A stretch of 64,000 nucleotides of DNA from Chloroflexota bacterium (GCA_003228115.1 QEVV01000003.1:77466-141465), one strand, 5' to 3'; shown: positions 52,682 through 62,118, numbered from the stretch's first letter. Program-made: numbers and translations. The notes: a model not told the origin generated them from the letters alone.

Positions 52682-52710
52682 AGTGTATGGAATTCGTAGC
52701 TAGGTGTCAA
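52682..52710 (-). promoter_or_regulatory. Candidate promoter TTGACA-17-TACACT (minus strand) for rplU-rpmA
   Basis: Exact 17-nt spacer. The -10 ends 18 nt before the ATG, giving a very short 5' UTR that contains the Shine-Dalgarno. Confidence 0.45.
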
Positions 52711-53071
52711 GGAAGAAACGGGACTTCAAGAACGCTCATGTCCTGTAGTCTGATCGCATTTTCTGGGTCCAGTTCCCACCAAAATGGCAGGGCTGTAGCC
52801 AATCGAGGTCATCGTATTCCGCGCCCAGGAGGCCCGGCGCCGGGGTCGGCGCATCCTGAGCGTTCGTGAACACTATCCCAGGCAGCAAAGGTCTGTGAGG
52901 TGACTCCTAGCTCGGCTTTCCGCCGCCTAGATTTTGGTGGACGGGACACAACACACTCCAAAGACCGCATAGCTCAATTAGGCCCAGCGATAATCGCTCA
53001 AGGATGTAACGCACGCGCATTGGCAAAACAGTAGAAGAAGGAGGATAGGGGAAGCGAAGTGCCGAAAGACC

Positions 53072-54397
53072 TCATTCAGATGAGACGCCAGCCCTGTATG
53101 ACTCGTCCAGCAGTTCCACGACATGGCAAACTCTGCCCGGCAGGTCGGCATTGTTCAGTGCCGTTTGCAATTGGATCAGGCAACCTGGATTGGCCGTTGC
53201 GACCACATCCGCGCCGGCCTCGGCCAGGTGGGCTGTCTTCCGCTTCATCAAACGCTGCGAGAACGCCTGCTGAGTGACAGAGTAGCTACCCGCCGCCCCG
53301 CAACAAACCGACGCTTCTTCCATCTCCACCAACTCGACACCCGGGATCGTCTTCAAGAGCTCGCGGGGCGCTTTGGTGATGCGCTGAGCGTGCGCCAGGT
53401 GACAGGGATCTTGATACGTTACGCGGGCCTTGATCTCGCCTAGGCCCTCTTGGAAGGGAAGCGTGACGAGGAACTCGTTGACGTCTTTGACCAAGGCCAC
53501 GAAGCGCTCAGCTTTCTCAGCGTAGGGGGAGCCTTCTTCAATCAGAAGCGTGTATTCCTTCATCGTCGAGCCGCAGCCAGCGGAGTTGACGATGATGGCA
53601 TCGGGTTCATAGGCCAAGAAGGCGTCGATGTTGCGTTTGGCCATAGCCCTGGCCTCATCCCGAACGCCGGCATGGGCGTTCAAGGCGCCGCAACACCCCT
53701 GCCCCATTGGTACCACAACGTCGTAGCCGTTGTGCTGAAGAACCCGGACGGTAGCGTTCATAGCGTCGGTGTAGATGAGGGGCATGATGCAGCCCGAAAG
53801 AAGGGCCACCCTACCCTTCCTTTCACCCAACGCCGGATAGACTGCCGAGGACGGACCGAATATCTCGGCAGGAATGGTCGGCTGGTTGTCGTGGAGCATG
53901 TCCACGTTGCCTGGCAGCAAGCGAAGTGCTTTGGACCGACTTACCAAGCTCTTCAGACCTGAGCGCTGGTAGATACGGGCAAGGCGAGCAAGCAAAACGA
54001 GCCTTCCCTGATGAGGAAGAAGCTGGCGAAAAGTGATCCAACGGAAGAGGCGCGTCGAAAAGGAGCCCGGCTGGCGGCGAAGCGCTTGTGTCCTGGTCAA
54101 CTCCATCATGTGGCCGTAGGGAACGCCGGAGGGGCACGCTACCTCGCAGGCTCGGCATTCCAGACACAGCGACCAGTGCGAATTGACGGCCTCCGTGATT
54201 TTGACGCGCCCTTCATTGACAGCGCGCATGAGGTATATGCGGCCCCTCGGTGACTCTGTTTCCAGACCCGTTTCCAGGTAGGTGGGACAAACATTCAGGC
54301 AGAGGCCGCAATGAACGCATTTATAAAGGTCGTCCTCGCTTGGGGCCTCTGCGCCCATGAAGTCAGAGGCCGTTAGCATCCGTTCTTTCTGGGTCAT
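53072..54397 (-). CDS. glcF: Glycolate oxidase iron-sulfur subunit-like (Fe-S/CCG-domain) protein
   Basis: Two ferredoxin motifs (CVHCGLCLNVCP, CLECRACEVACP) plus two CCG-type Cys-rich domains (GCCGA..., VCCGAAGSY). Start ATG overlaps the glcE stop (ATGA). Confidence 0.85.
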   Translation of the reverse strand: MTQKERMLTASDFMGAEAPSEDDLYKCVHCGLCLNVCPTYLETGLETESPRGRIYLMRAVNEGRVKITEAVNSHWSLCLECRACEVACPSGVPYGHMMELTRTQALRRQPGSFSTRLFRWITFRQLLPHQGRLVLLARLARIYQRSGLKSLVSRSKALRLLPGNVDMLHDNQPTIPAEIFGPSSAVYPALGERKGRVALLSGCIMPLIYTDAMNATVRVLQHNGYDVVVPMGQGCCGALNAHAGVRDEARAMAKRNIDAFLAYEPDAIIVNSAGCGSTMKEYTLLIEEGSPYAEKAERFVALVKDVNEFLVTLPFQEGLGEIKARVTYQDPCHLAHAQRITKAPRELLKTIPGVELVEMEEASVCCGAAGSYSVTQQAFSQRLMKRKTAHLAEAGADVVATANPGCLIQLQTALNNADLPGRVCHVVELLDESYRAGVSSE

Positions 54398-55734
54398 ATG
54401 CCCCCTACGAAACGGCCAGGGTTCAGCACTCCCGTGGGATCGAATTGCTGCTTCAGATTGCTCATGAGGGCCTGCCCGCCTCTGGCATCTCCCCAACTAT
54501 CGACTAAGGCCCTTACGCCAGGCGGGGCGGATTCCAAGACAAGATACCCGCCCTCTGCCCTAGCGACGTCTCGAGCCTCTTCAATGAAAGTTGCCTGTCG
54601 CTGGGCTTCCATAAGGCCTTCCTTCCCCGTCCATCCACTGTGGACGATGCCGTGAGAGATGTGGGCAACAGCGCCAAAGTTGAAGCTGTATTTGTTTGAA
54701 AGTTCGGCCATGGACTGAATGAGCCCTGCTACCGACTCCGGCCGAACGCCCAAACGGGCCATGAGCGTAGTGGAGCCGCCACGGGGGGCCTCGGCGAGGA
54801 CACGCCGGAGATTAGTCACCTCATTGGAAGACACAGTCGCAACCTCCGCCGCTCCGTTTCGGTTGCATATTGCGGTGGCGTCCCGCAAAACCCTTGCGAT
54901 AGGGGCGGCCTGCCCAAAAGCGCCCACGGCCAGGGCGGCCGCGCCGTCTACACTTCGCCCGCCTGGAAGCTCGTGCACAGCCTCCCCAGCAACCAATGAA
55001 AGGAAAGCGGTGTCGAGCGATGTCCCCATCACGCCCAGAGCAGCCTCTCCAGCTGTTTCGATCGAAGGGAAAAAAGCCAGGAGGGCTCCTTCCGACGCCG
55101 GGAGCGGCATGACCTTCAAAGACGCCTCTACGATAATCCCAAGCGTGCCCAAGGACCCTATGTAAAGCTTATTCATATCGTAGCCGGTAACGTTCTTCAC
55201 CACCTTGCCGCCCGCTTTTGTTATCGTGCCGTCGGCGTGGACAACCCTAATGCCAATGGTCTGATCCCTCGCCGTCCCATACCGGTGCCGCAACGGTCCA
55301 CTTGCAGCGCTGGCCTGCACGCCCCCAAGAGTAGTCCGGTCGTAGCCAACGGGGTCCAAAGGAAGGAACTGCCCCTCCTTCCTCAACTCCGCATCCAGAG
55401 TCGCCAGAGTTAAGCCCGCTTGTACTGTCGTAGTAAGGTCCTCTGGCTGGTATTCCAGCACCCGGTTGAGGCCAGTAAGAAGCAGGGCAACGTCGTAACG
55501 GGCCGGCGCATTGCCTAGACCCATCCGAGTCCCACCACCCCAAGGAACAACCGCCAGCCCTTCAGCGTGACAAATGCTGAGGATCGAGGCGACCTGCTCT
55601 TCATCCTTGGGAGATAGAGCGACTTCAGGGATGAGCCCATCAAGTCGATAAGGCTCAAGGCCCTCGCCCGAATGAACGGAGTGCGACGGAAGACTGGACT
55701 GGAAGAGGGTTGGCAGGGTGCGAGGTTGTTGCAT
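54394..55734 (-). CDS. glcE: FAD-binding oxidoreductase, glycolate oxidase subunit GlcE-like
   Basis: FAD-binding PCMH-type pattern (VVPWGGGT..., KNVTGYDMNKL.IGSLGTLG). Located between glcD and glcF. Confidence 0.8.
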   Translation of the reverse strand: MQQPRTLPTLFQSSLPSHSVHSGEGLEPYRLDGLIPEVALSPKDEEQVASILSICHAEGLAVVPWGGGTRMGLGNAPARYDVALLLTGLNRVLEYQPEDLTTTVQAGLTLATLDAELRKEGQFLPLDPVGYDRTTLGGVQASAASGPLRHRYGTARDQTIGIRVVHADGTITKAGGKVVKNVTGYDMNKLYIGSLGTLGIIVEASLKVMPLPASEGALLAFFPSIETAGEAALGVMGTSLDTAFLSLVAGEAVHELPGGRSVDGAAALAVGAFGQAAPIARVLRDATAICNRNGAAEVATVSSNEVTNLRRVLAEAPRGGSTTLMARLGVRPESVAGLIQSMAELSNKYSFNFGAVAHISHGIVHSGWTGKEGLMEAQRQATFIEEARDVARAEGGYLVLESAPPGVRALVDSWGDARGGQALMSNLKQQFDPTGVLNPGRFVGGI

Positions 55735-55787
55735 CGGCAGAGTTAGACGCCGCCCAGATCAATTAATAGCAAGAAGAAGGAAAACAA

Positions 55788-57236
55788 TTAGATATACGAC
55801 CCGGTTCCAGCATTAAGCACCGCCGCAGACTGGGGGATGTACTCTGCGACCTCGCCTTCCTTGGGAAAGACCTTGTCCGGGTTGAGGAGGCCGTCGTTAC
55901 CGAAGGCTTCCCTCACCTTGAGCATTGCCTTCATATCCTCAGGAGTGAACATCAAGGGCATGTAGGCCAGCTTTTCCAGCCCAACCCCGTGCTCCCCAGA
56001 CAGCACACCGCCCAGTTCAACACATTTCTTGAGAATATCCCCGCCAGCGCGCATGGCGAGTTCAAGTTTACCGGGCTGCCGCTCATCGAAAAGAATTATG
56101 GGGTGGAGGTTTCCGTCTCCGGCGTGGAATACATTGGCAAGCCCAAGCCCACGCTCTGCACAAAGGTCCGTCGCATAGCGGAGAGCTTCCAAGAGGCGGG
56201 TGCGGGGCACGACGCCGTCCAAGAGATAGTAGTTGGGTGCAATGCGGCCGAAAGCGCCAAAGGCGCCTTTTCTCCCGGCCCAGAGAAGCTGACGCTCCTC
56301 CTCCGTTTCCGCCCTGCGAACCTCACGAGCACCACTCTCAGCCAGCAGGTTGCCCACAAGGTCGGACTCAACCTTGACCGTTTCATCCATCCCGTCTAGC
56401 TCGACGAGTAGTACGGCGCCGGCGTCCAGGGGGTAACCCGCATGGACGTAGGGCTCCACCGCTTGGATCGTGAGGTTGTCCAGCATCTCTAGCGCGGCAG
56501 GCACCAAGCCTTTGCCAATGAGCATGGTTACGGCGCTGCAGGCCGTATCCATGTCGTCGTAAACAGCAAGAAATGTTTTGACCGCTTCAGGGAGCGGCAT
56601 TAGACGCACCGTGATCTTCGTTGCTACGGCCAAGGTGCCTTCTGACCCAACAACTGTCCCGGTCAGATCATAACCTGGCGCATCTCTGACATCGCCGCCT
56701 ACTTCGACAATCGTGCCATCCGCCAAGACCAATTCAAGACCCAAGACGTGGTTGGTGGTGACGCCGTACGCCAAGCAATGAGGGCCCCCGGCATTTTCGC
56801 CAACGTTGCCGCCAATAGTGCAGGCCTTCTGCGACGACGGGTCAGGCACATAGTGCAACCCGTATTTTTCGGTGTAATGGGAAAGGTCCAGGTTGACCAC
56901 GCCGGGCTCTACCACGGCGGTGCGATTGGTGACATCTACGTCAAGGACGCGGCGCATGCGGGACAGGGGCATGAGAATCGAAACGCTCTGGGGCACGGCG
57001 CCGCCACTGAGGCCCGTGCCTGCTCCCCTAGGCACTACGGGAATGCCATTCTCATAGGCCAGGCGCATAACCTGGGAAACCTGGGCCGTGGTATCTGGGA
57101 GGACCACCAATCTAGGCACCTCGTTCTCCGGCGAGCCGTCACGCTCGAAAACGAGTAGGTCCTCCGGCAGGTGAACGACATATTCGTCGCCCACGATTGC
57201 CTTAAGCTGCTTTACCAGGTCCGAGGAGTTCTTCAT
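55788..57236 (-). CDS. glcD: FAD-linked oxidase, glycolate oxidase subunit GlcD
   Basis: VVPRGAGTGLSGGAVP, KNVTGYDL-type GYDLTGTVVGSEGTLA, and C-terminal GGVLSGEHGVGLEK. 482 aa. Confidence 0.9.
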   Translation of the reverse strand: MKNSSDLVKQLKAIVGDEYVVHLPEDLLVFERDGSPENEVPRLVVLPDTTAQVSQVMRLAYENGIPVVPRGAGTGLSGGAVPQSVSILMPLSRMRRVLDVDVTNRTAVVEPGVVNLDLSHYTEKYGLHYVPDPSSQKACTIGGNVGENAGGPHCLAYGVTTNHVLGLELVLADGTIVEVGGDVRDAPGYDLTGTVVGSEGTLAVATKITVRLMPLPEAVKTFLAVYDDMDTACSAVTMLIGKGLVPAALEMLDNLTIQAVEPYVHAGYPLDAGAVLLVELDGMDETVKVESDLVGNLLAESGAREVRRAETEEERQLLWAGRKGAFGAFGRIAPNYYLLDGVVPRTRLLEALRYATDLCAERGLGLANVFHAGDGNLHPIILFDERQPGKLELAMRAGGDILKKCVELGGVLSGEHGVGLEKLAYMPLMFTPEDMKAMLKVREAFGNDGLLNPDKVFPKEGEVAEYIPQSAAVLNAGTGSYI

Positions 57237-57357
57237 GACGCCTTTTGTGCCTGCCTGTCGACACCATCTTAGGCGCTGGGCCGTCGGAGGCGCAACGACA
57301 GAATCAGACCTGCAAGGCAGCCTACCTCACCTGGTAGAAAAGCCAGCTCCAAGAACA

Positions 57358-57395
57358 GATGACGAGGCCGTGCCTACAAGCACGGCCTCGTCATC
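57358..57395 (-). terminator. 16-bp hairpin (GATGACGAGGCCGTGC / GCACGGCCTCGTCATC) downstream of the PadR-operon membrane gene
   Basis: Perfect stem with a 6-nt loop. The minus-strand tail is TGTTCTT. Confidence 0.6.
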
Positions 57396-57424
57396 AACAA
57401 AAGAGACAGACGCCTTCGGACCCC

Positions 57425-58195
57425 TTAGCCAGACATTCCGAACATGGCAAGAAGTAGCACTAGAACTAGGACGCTGGCCACCGCTGTCAAAGCGAGAAAC
57501 TTGGTCGATATCAATGAGGATAGGCCAGCGGGCACGCTACGCTCATAATCGCCATCTTTCCTTACCTTGTTAGCCCCGTATGCGATGATCCCGACGGCTA
57601 GAATAACGGGAAGAATGAGCCAATAGAGGAGCACGGCTATGAACAGGCTTCCAGTGATGATGAGAGTCATCCCTAGACTTGGCACGCTGGCAAGCACGCG
57701 AAATCCAGCAGCAATCGCGATGAGCCCCAAGGGCAGAAAGACGAGTGCAGTAATGCTCTGCTCAACCGAGAAGGCAACGTCAGCTTGCCGCCGAAACTCC
57801 ATCTCCCCTATCACCTGGTTGATAGCCAGGCCCGCAACAAGTGCCAGCCCTATGATCCCCGTCACGACGGTCATCGTCCTGTAGTTACTTGTCTGAATCA
57901 TTGCAGTACCCTCCCCTTTGTTTAGATCTTTCGCACCGATATGTGCCAGCCGCCACAGAGCGTCATCAGGCACGCCAAGAAGCCACCTCAAGAGAACCTG
58001 TCCCGCCAGCGCCCGATCCGTCCTGCCATCCTGGGCAGCCTCTTGAGCCTCCTCCCACAGATCAGCGTCGGTCTCATCCCTGCGTTCGTCCCTAAGCCTT
58101 CGAGGAAGGCCCTTCGTGTACAGATGCACCCAGCCCCGGACAAGACCCGCACTCCTTGACCAGCGAATGGCCGTGATCATGACATAGCCTGCCAA
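57425..58195 (-). CDS. Membrane protein co-transcribed with PadR (cytoplasmic N-terminal helix domain + 4-5 TM helices)
   Basis: Overlaps the PadR stop. An alternative ATG at 58180 gives an ATGA overlap. The hydrophobic C-terminal half fits the typical PadR-partner architecture. No named family recognised. Confidence 0.6.
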   Translation of the reverse strand: MAGYVMITAIRWSRSAGLVRGWVHLYTKGLPRRLRDERRDETDADLWEEAQEAAQDGRTDRALAGQVLLRWLLGVPDDALWRLAHIGAKDLNKGEGTAMIQTSNYRTMTVVTGIIGLALVAGLAINQVIGEMEFRRQADVAFSVEQSITALVFLPLGLIAIAAGFRVLASVPSLGMTLIITGSLFIAVLLYWLILPVILAVGIIAYGANKVRKDGDYERSVPAGLSSLISTKFLALTAVASVLVLVLLLAMFGMSG

Positions 58196-58536
58196 GGACG
58201 GAGATTGGGCCTAACCTGAGGCACAGTTTCCCGATGCTTAGCTAAGGCATTCTGGCCAGCCAGGGTCACGCTATAAAAACGGCGGCGAGGCCGGCCTTCG
58301 TCTGCAGCAATCTGGGGGTCCTCCCAATTACTTTCCAAGAAGCCCGCCTTATTCAATCGGCCAAGGGCCTTGTACAGCGTCCCGTACGCGGTGAGCAGCT
58401 TGGCGGCCGAACGATCTCGCATCTCCTTGGCCAAGAGAAAACCATGGGCCTCCTTAACGCCGTGCCGCCTCAGGTCCAAGGCAGCATCCAAAATCGAGGC
58501 CTCTAAGGGTACTAAGGAGTCCGCTTTTCTTCGCAT
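58177..58536 (-). CDS. PadR-family transcriptional regulator
   Basis: The winged-helix pattern ...EAHGFLLAKEM.......LTAYGTLYKALGRLNKAGFLESNWE...GRPRRRFYSVT..G is typical of PadR. 119 aa. Confidence 0.85.
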   Translation of the reverse strand: MRRKADSLVPLEASILDAALDLRRHGVKEAHGFLLAKEMRDRSAAKLLTAYGTLYKALGRLNKAGFLESNWEDPQIAADEGRPRRRFYSVTLAGQNALAKHRETVPQVRPNLRPWQAMS

Positions 58537-58542
58537 GGCGGC

Positions 58543-58571
58543 ATTATAGGAAGATATATTCCCTTTGTCAA
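58543..58571 (-). promoter_or_regulatory. Perfect consensus promoter TTGACA-17-TATAAT (minus strand); the -10 ends 6 nt before the PadR ATG (leaderless mRNA)
   Basis: Reverse complement reads TTGACA AAGGGAATATATCTTCC TATAAT GCCGCC ATG. There is no room for a Shine-Dalgarno. Confidence 0.6.
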
Positions 58572-58752
58572 GAAGGGCCCTTCAGCTACCCCATCAGCCC
58601 AAGATTCAGCCCAGAAGCACCAAGTTGACAACACCGCCAAGAGCCTTACTTCCAGCCTTCTAGCCCGACCCGCAGCCTTTACCCTCTGAAGGGGCTATGC
58701 TAGAATGCAGCCACTTGCCAGGCACGAATTCTCTGGTTCAAGCAGGAGGCCG

Positions 58753-59307
58753 ATGGGCCTGCGAGTTGCAGGGGGCACAGCCAGGGGCGTTCCCTTGGCG
58801 GCGGTGAAAGACAAAGGAGTCCGTCCCACCTCCGAACGGACCCGCAGCGCCCTCTTCTCGATCTTGGCGGCCTATGGTTTAGAGGGCTGTACCGTCTTGG
58901 ACCTCTATGCGGGCACGGGAGCCCTAGGCATTGAAGCCCTCAGCAGAGGAGCTACCTGGGCAGACTTCGTGGAGAAGTCCACGAACCAGTGCCGCATCAT
59001 CCGCCAGAATCTCAAGGCGGCTAACCTAGATGAGCGAGCGCAAGTGGTTTGCTCTCCGGTTAAGCGAGCCTTGGGAAGACTACAAGGGCCCTATCGTTTC
59101 ATCCTGGCGGACCCACCATACGAATCAGAGGAGATCGAAGCGCTGATGACGCGACTGTCGGAAGCATCCTGGCTTGAACCCGGTGGGCTTGTTGTGCTGG
59201 AACACAGCGTTCGCAAACAGCCTCGGGAGGCCTTCGCTTTGTTGAACCTAATGCAAACTCGGCGTTACGGGGACAGTTGCCTGTCTCTGTATGGAAGGGA
59301 AGCTTAA
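58753..59307 (+). CDS. rsmD: 16S rRNA (guanine966-N2)-methyltransferase RsmD
   Basis: Start at MGLRVAGGTARG with AGGAGG Shine-Dalgarno. RPTSERTRSALFSIL, LDLYAGTGALGIEALSRGA and DPPY motifs. Confidence 0.85.
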   Translation: MGLRVAGGTARGVPLAAVKDKGVRPTSERTRSALFSILAAYGLEGCTVLDLYAGTGALGIEALSRGATWADFVEKSTNQCRIIRQNLKAANLDERAQVVCSPVKRALGRLQGPYRFILADPPYESEEIEALMTRLSEASWLEPGGLVVLEHSVRKQPREAFALLNLMQTRRYGDSCLSLYGREA

Positions 59308-59834
59308 TGGTTACCGCGGTCTACCCGGGGACATTCGATCCCGTCACCAATGGGCATGTGGACATCGCCATGCGCTCCTCTCGTCTCTTCGACAAGGTCA
59401 TCGTTGGAGTGTACGACTCCCCACCCAAGACCCTTGTTTTCTCCACCGAAGAGCGCGTCGAACTGTTTCACCGCGCTATCGCCCACATTCCTAACGTTGA
59501 AGTGAGGCCCTACGCCGGCCTTACCGTGGATTTCGCTAAGGAAATGGGAGCGACGGTCGTTGTACGTGGGCTTCGGATGGGTTCCGACTTCGACTACGAA
59601 TTCAATATGGCCCTCATGAACAAAAAGTTGTCTCCCGACGTGGAGCTTGTCTGCCTCATGACCAGACTGGAGTACCAGTTCGTCAGTTCCAGCATGCTTA
59701 AAGAGGCAACCCGCCTAGGTGGCGATGTAAGAGGCTTGGTCCCGGATCACGTTCTTTCCATGTTGGGAGACCGGCTGGGAGCAACCAAGGCCGCAAGCAT
59801 ATCTGGAAGCATCAGCGAAGGAGGTGCGTCATAG
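59307..59834 (+). CDS. coaD: Pantetheine-phosphate adenylyltransferase
   Basis: MVTAVYPGTFDPVTNGHVDI (T/HxGH motif), ...RGLR..SDFDYE..MA.MN..L, and SSSMLKE. The ATG overlaps the rsmD stop (TAATG). Confidence 0.95.
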   Translation: MVTAVYPGTFDPVTNGHVDIAMRSSRLFDKVIVGVYDSPPKTLVFSTEERVELFHRAIAHIPNVEVRPYAGLTVDFAKEMGATVVVRGLRMGSDFDYEFNMALMNKKLSPDVELVCLMTRLEYQFVSSSMLKEATRLGGDVRGLVPDHVLSMLGDRLGATKAASISGSISEGGAS

Positions 59835-59839
59835 AACTC

Positions 59840-60358
59840 TTGGTACTGCTCAACGAACTGGAAGAAGCCATTGGTGGGGCAACTAGGGTGCCGCCCATGA
59901 GGCGGGGCCTTGTGGATCAAGAAAAACTTCTTGATCTGGTGGACCGGCTGCGCGTATCGGTCCCCCAGGGCATTAGAGAGGCCGACCAAATCCTGGAGAA
60001 GCGCGAAGCCATCATCAACCAAGCTTTGCTCGAAGCCCGAAAGATCCGTCAAACGGCGGAGGACGAGGCGAGCAAGCGGGTGCATGAAAGCAGCGTGATT
60101 CAGGAGGCCCAGGCAGAAGCCGCCGACTTGATGTCACGGACAGAGGAAGAGGCACAAAAGCTTGTGAACAGCGCCACAATTGAGGCCCAGAAGAGGCTCA
60201 TGGGCGCAGACAAGTACGCACTCGAGGCGCTTGGCCAACTTGAGACAGACTTAGGAACCATGCTTACGTCTGTGCGGCAAGGCATCGACTGGCTGGCCGT
60301 ACAGCGAAACGCCGAAGAGCAGGAAGCGGCCAAAACTGTGGCTCAGCCTCCTCAATAG
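59840..60358 (+). CDS. Conserved coiled-coil protein (often annotated ATPase/V-ATPase subunit H-like) downstream of coaD
   Basis: TTG start directly after an in-frame stop. LLNELEEAIGGATRVP..RRGLVDQEKLLDLVDRLRVSVPQGIREADQI resembles proteins I recall next to coaD in monoderm genomes. Rich in E/A/Q heptads. Confidence 0.55.
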   Translation: MVLLNELEEAIGGATRVPPMRRGLVDQEKLLDLVDRLRVSVPQGIREADQILEKREAIINQALLEARKIRQTAEDEASKRVHESSVIQEAQAEAADLMSRTEEEAQKLVNSATIEAQKRLMGADKYALEALGQLETDLGTMLTSVRQGIDWLAVQRNAEEQEAAKTVAQPPQ

Positions 60359-60413
60359 GCTGCCGCGCGGGTTGGCCTCTATCCGAAAGCCCGAGTATTG
60401 AGATCCCTTTCAC

Positions 60414-61244
60414 CTATTCGAGTTCGCTGCCTTCGTCCTCTGAGCCATCGCTATGTACGATGAGAGCATCCTCAGCCAGATGGCCACCGTCTTCGTCTTC
60501 TAGTTGGACGAGGGAGGTTGCGGCCCTTTCCTCGTCATAGGACCGGTCTAGTTCGGGGGCTGCCGAAGTATCGACCGCAGTGATGGTCGAGCCAGCCAGG
60601 TGCGCTGGGAAGGACGTTACGCTCCGCTGGCTTGGATCGCGGAACGTCTCCCGGACAAGCAACACTACCCCCCCTTGGCCAACGCTGGTCAAAACAGCCT
60701 CATAGGTATTTCCGCCATCGATAAGCCTGGTCAGGCGGGGACCCAACGGAGCCGCAGGACGGCCAATGGGCTCACCTTCAGTTGTCTTCACCCAAAGGAA
60801 TCCCCCCTCTACAACCAACGTCACTGGATCGCCTGCAGCCAAGGTGGCCAAGGTTTGTTTCGGTGGCAATTCCTGAAGTCGCACAATCCCTGTCTTGCCG
60901 CTTTCTTCAATAAATCTAGGGCCGCGGATGCGCTGCTTCCGCTGAACCGGCCGCTCTTGGCCATCAAGCGCTTCAAACTTCTCTAGGTTCTTGCGGGCTA
61001 TGGTGTTGAGGGGCGCAACGTCCAAGGCTCGCCGAAAGGCCTTCTTCGCCTCTTCATAGCGGCCCAACTCAAAGAAGGCTCTGCCTAGACGATTCAATAC
61101 ATCTTCGGTCTCAGCGAAATCGGCTAGTAACGCTTCGTTGACCTCAACAGCCTCATCCCAACGAGCCTGCATAGCCAAGCCAACTGCCTTCCTTGTCTTC
61201 TCACGAAAGAGACTTTCGCGTTCTTGGGCCGGGGAACTAGTCAT
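60414..61244 (-). CDS. TPR-repeat protein with acidic C-terminus
   Basis: ARWDEAVEVNEALLADF...LGRAFFELGRYEEAKKAFRRALDVAPLN are TPR-like helices. Start uncertain (61244 or 61301). Confidence 0.6.
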   Translation of the reverse strand: MTSSPAQERESLFREKTRKAVGLAMQARWDEAVEVNEALLADFAETEDVLNRLGRAFFELGRYEEAKKAFRRALDVAPLNTIARKNLEKFEALDGQERPVQRKQRIRGPRFIEESGKTGIVRLQELPPKQTLATLAAGDPVTLVVEGGFLWVKTTEGEPIGRPAAPLGPRLTRLIDGGNTYEAVLTSVGQGGVVLLVRETFRDPSQRSVTSFPAHLAGSTITAVDTSAAPELDRSYDEERAATSLVQLEDEDGGHLAEDALIVHSDGSEDEGSELE

Positions 61245-61371
61245 TTGCAGTGACTCCAAAGGGATTACCGGAAAGGAGTTTAGGCACGAAAGAATCGTCA
61301 ATGCAAGGGCTTTTCGAGGCTCTTTTGGAGAAGCTAACCAGACGGCTCACCAGGCGGGGTCTTAGCCTCCG

Positions 61372-62118
61372 TCAGGGAACCCTGTTTGAGCTGTACTTCC
61401 TTGACAGCCTCAGCTGAGGCAACCGCACCAAAGCCTCGACAACAATGTTCATCGAGATCTTGGAACTGCCCTTCTCCCTATCATGGAAAACGTAGGGGAC
61501 CTCCTGAATGCGGAAGCCCTCCCGCCAGCAGTGATAGGCCATCTCGGCCTGGAACCCAAAACCTCGGCACTTGGGCCTGTCGATGAGCCCGTCCTTCTCC
61601 AGAACCTCGCTCCGAAAGCAACGGAACCCAGAGGTAGAGTCGTTGATCGGCATGCCTGTCACCAAACGGGCGTAGATGTTGCCGCCCTTGCTGAGGGCCT
61701 TTCTATGGAGGGGCCAGTCGGGGTCGGCGCTGCCGCCGCTGACGTAGCGGGAAGCAATCACCACATCAGCCTTGCCTTCGAGGATAGGAGCGATGAGCTT
61801 GACGACGTGCTCAGGGGGGTGGGACAGGTCAGCGTCGATTTGGGCAATGACCGTGGCCCCCAAACGAAGAGCCTCGCGGAAGCCATCCCGGTAGGCAGAG
61901 GCGAGCCCAAGTTTCCCTTTTCGATGGAGCACGTGGAATTGGCCTGGATGCTGCTGTGCCAAGGAATCCGCTAGGTCACCGGTGCCGTCTGGCGAGGCGT
62001 CATCAACGACCAGGATTTCCAGGCCGGGAATATCTTCATCAAACAGACGCCGGACCAGATCAGGAAGGTTCTGGGCCTCATTGTAGGTGGGAACAACGAC
62101 GCAGATCTTCATGGACAT
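61372..62118 (-). CDS. GT2-family polyprenol-phosphate mannosyltransferase (dolichyl-phosphate mannose synthase-like)
   Basis: VVVPTYNEAQNL, VVDDASPDGT and QIDADLSHPP motifs. 248 aa. Confidence 0.85.
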   Translation of the reverse strand: MSMKICVVVPTYNEAQNLPDLVRRLFDEDIPGLEILVVDDASPDGTGDLADSLAQQHPGQFHVLHRKGKLGLASAYRDGFREALRLGATVIAQIDADLSHPPEHVVKLIAPILEGKADVVIASRYVSGGSADPDWPLHRKALSKGGNIYARLVTGMPINDSTSGFRCFRSEVLEKDGLIDRPKCRGFGFQAEMAYHCWREGFRIQEVPYVFHDREKGSSKISMNIVVEALVRLPQLRLSRKYSSNRVP

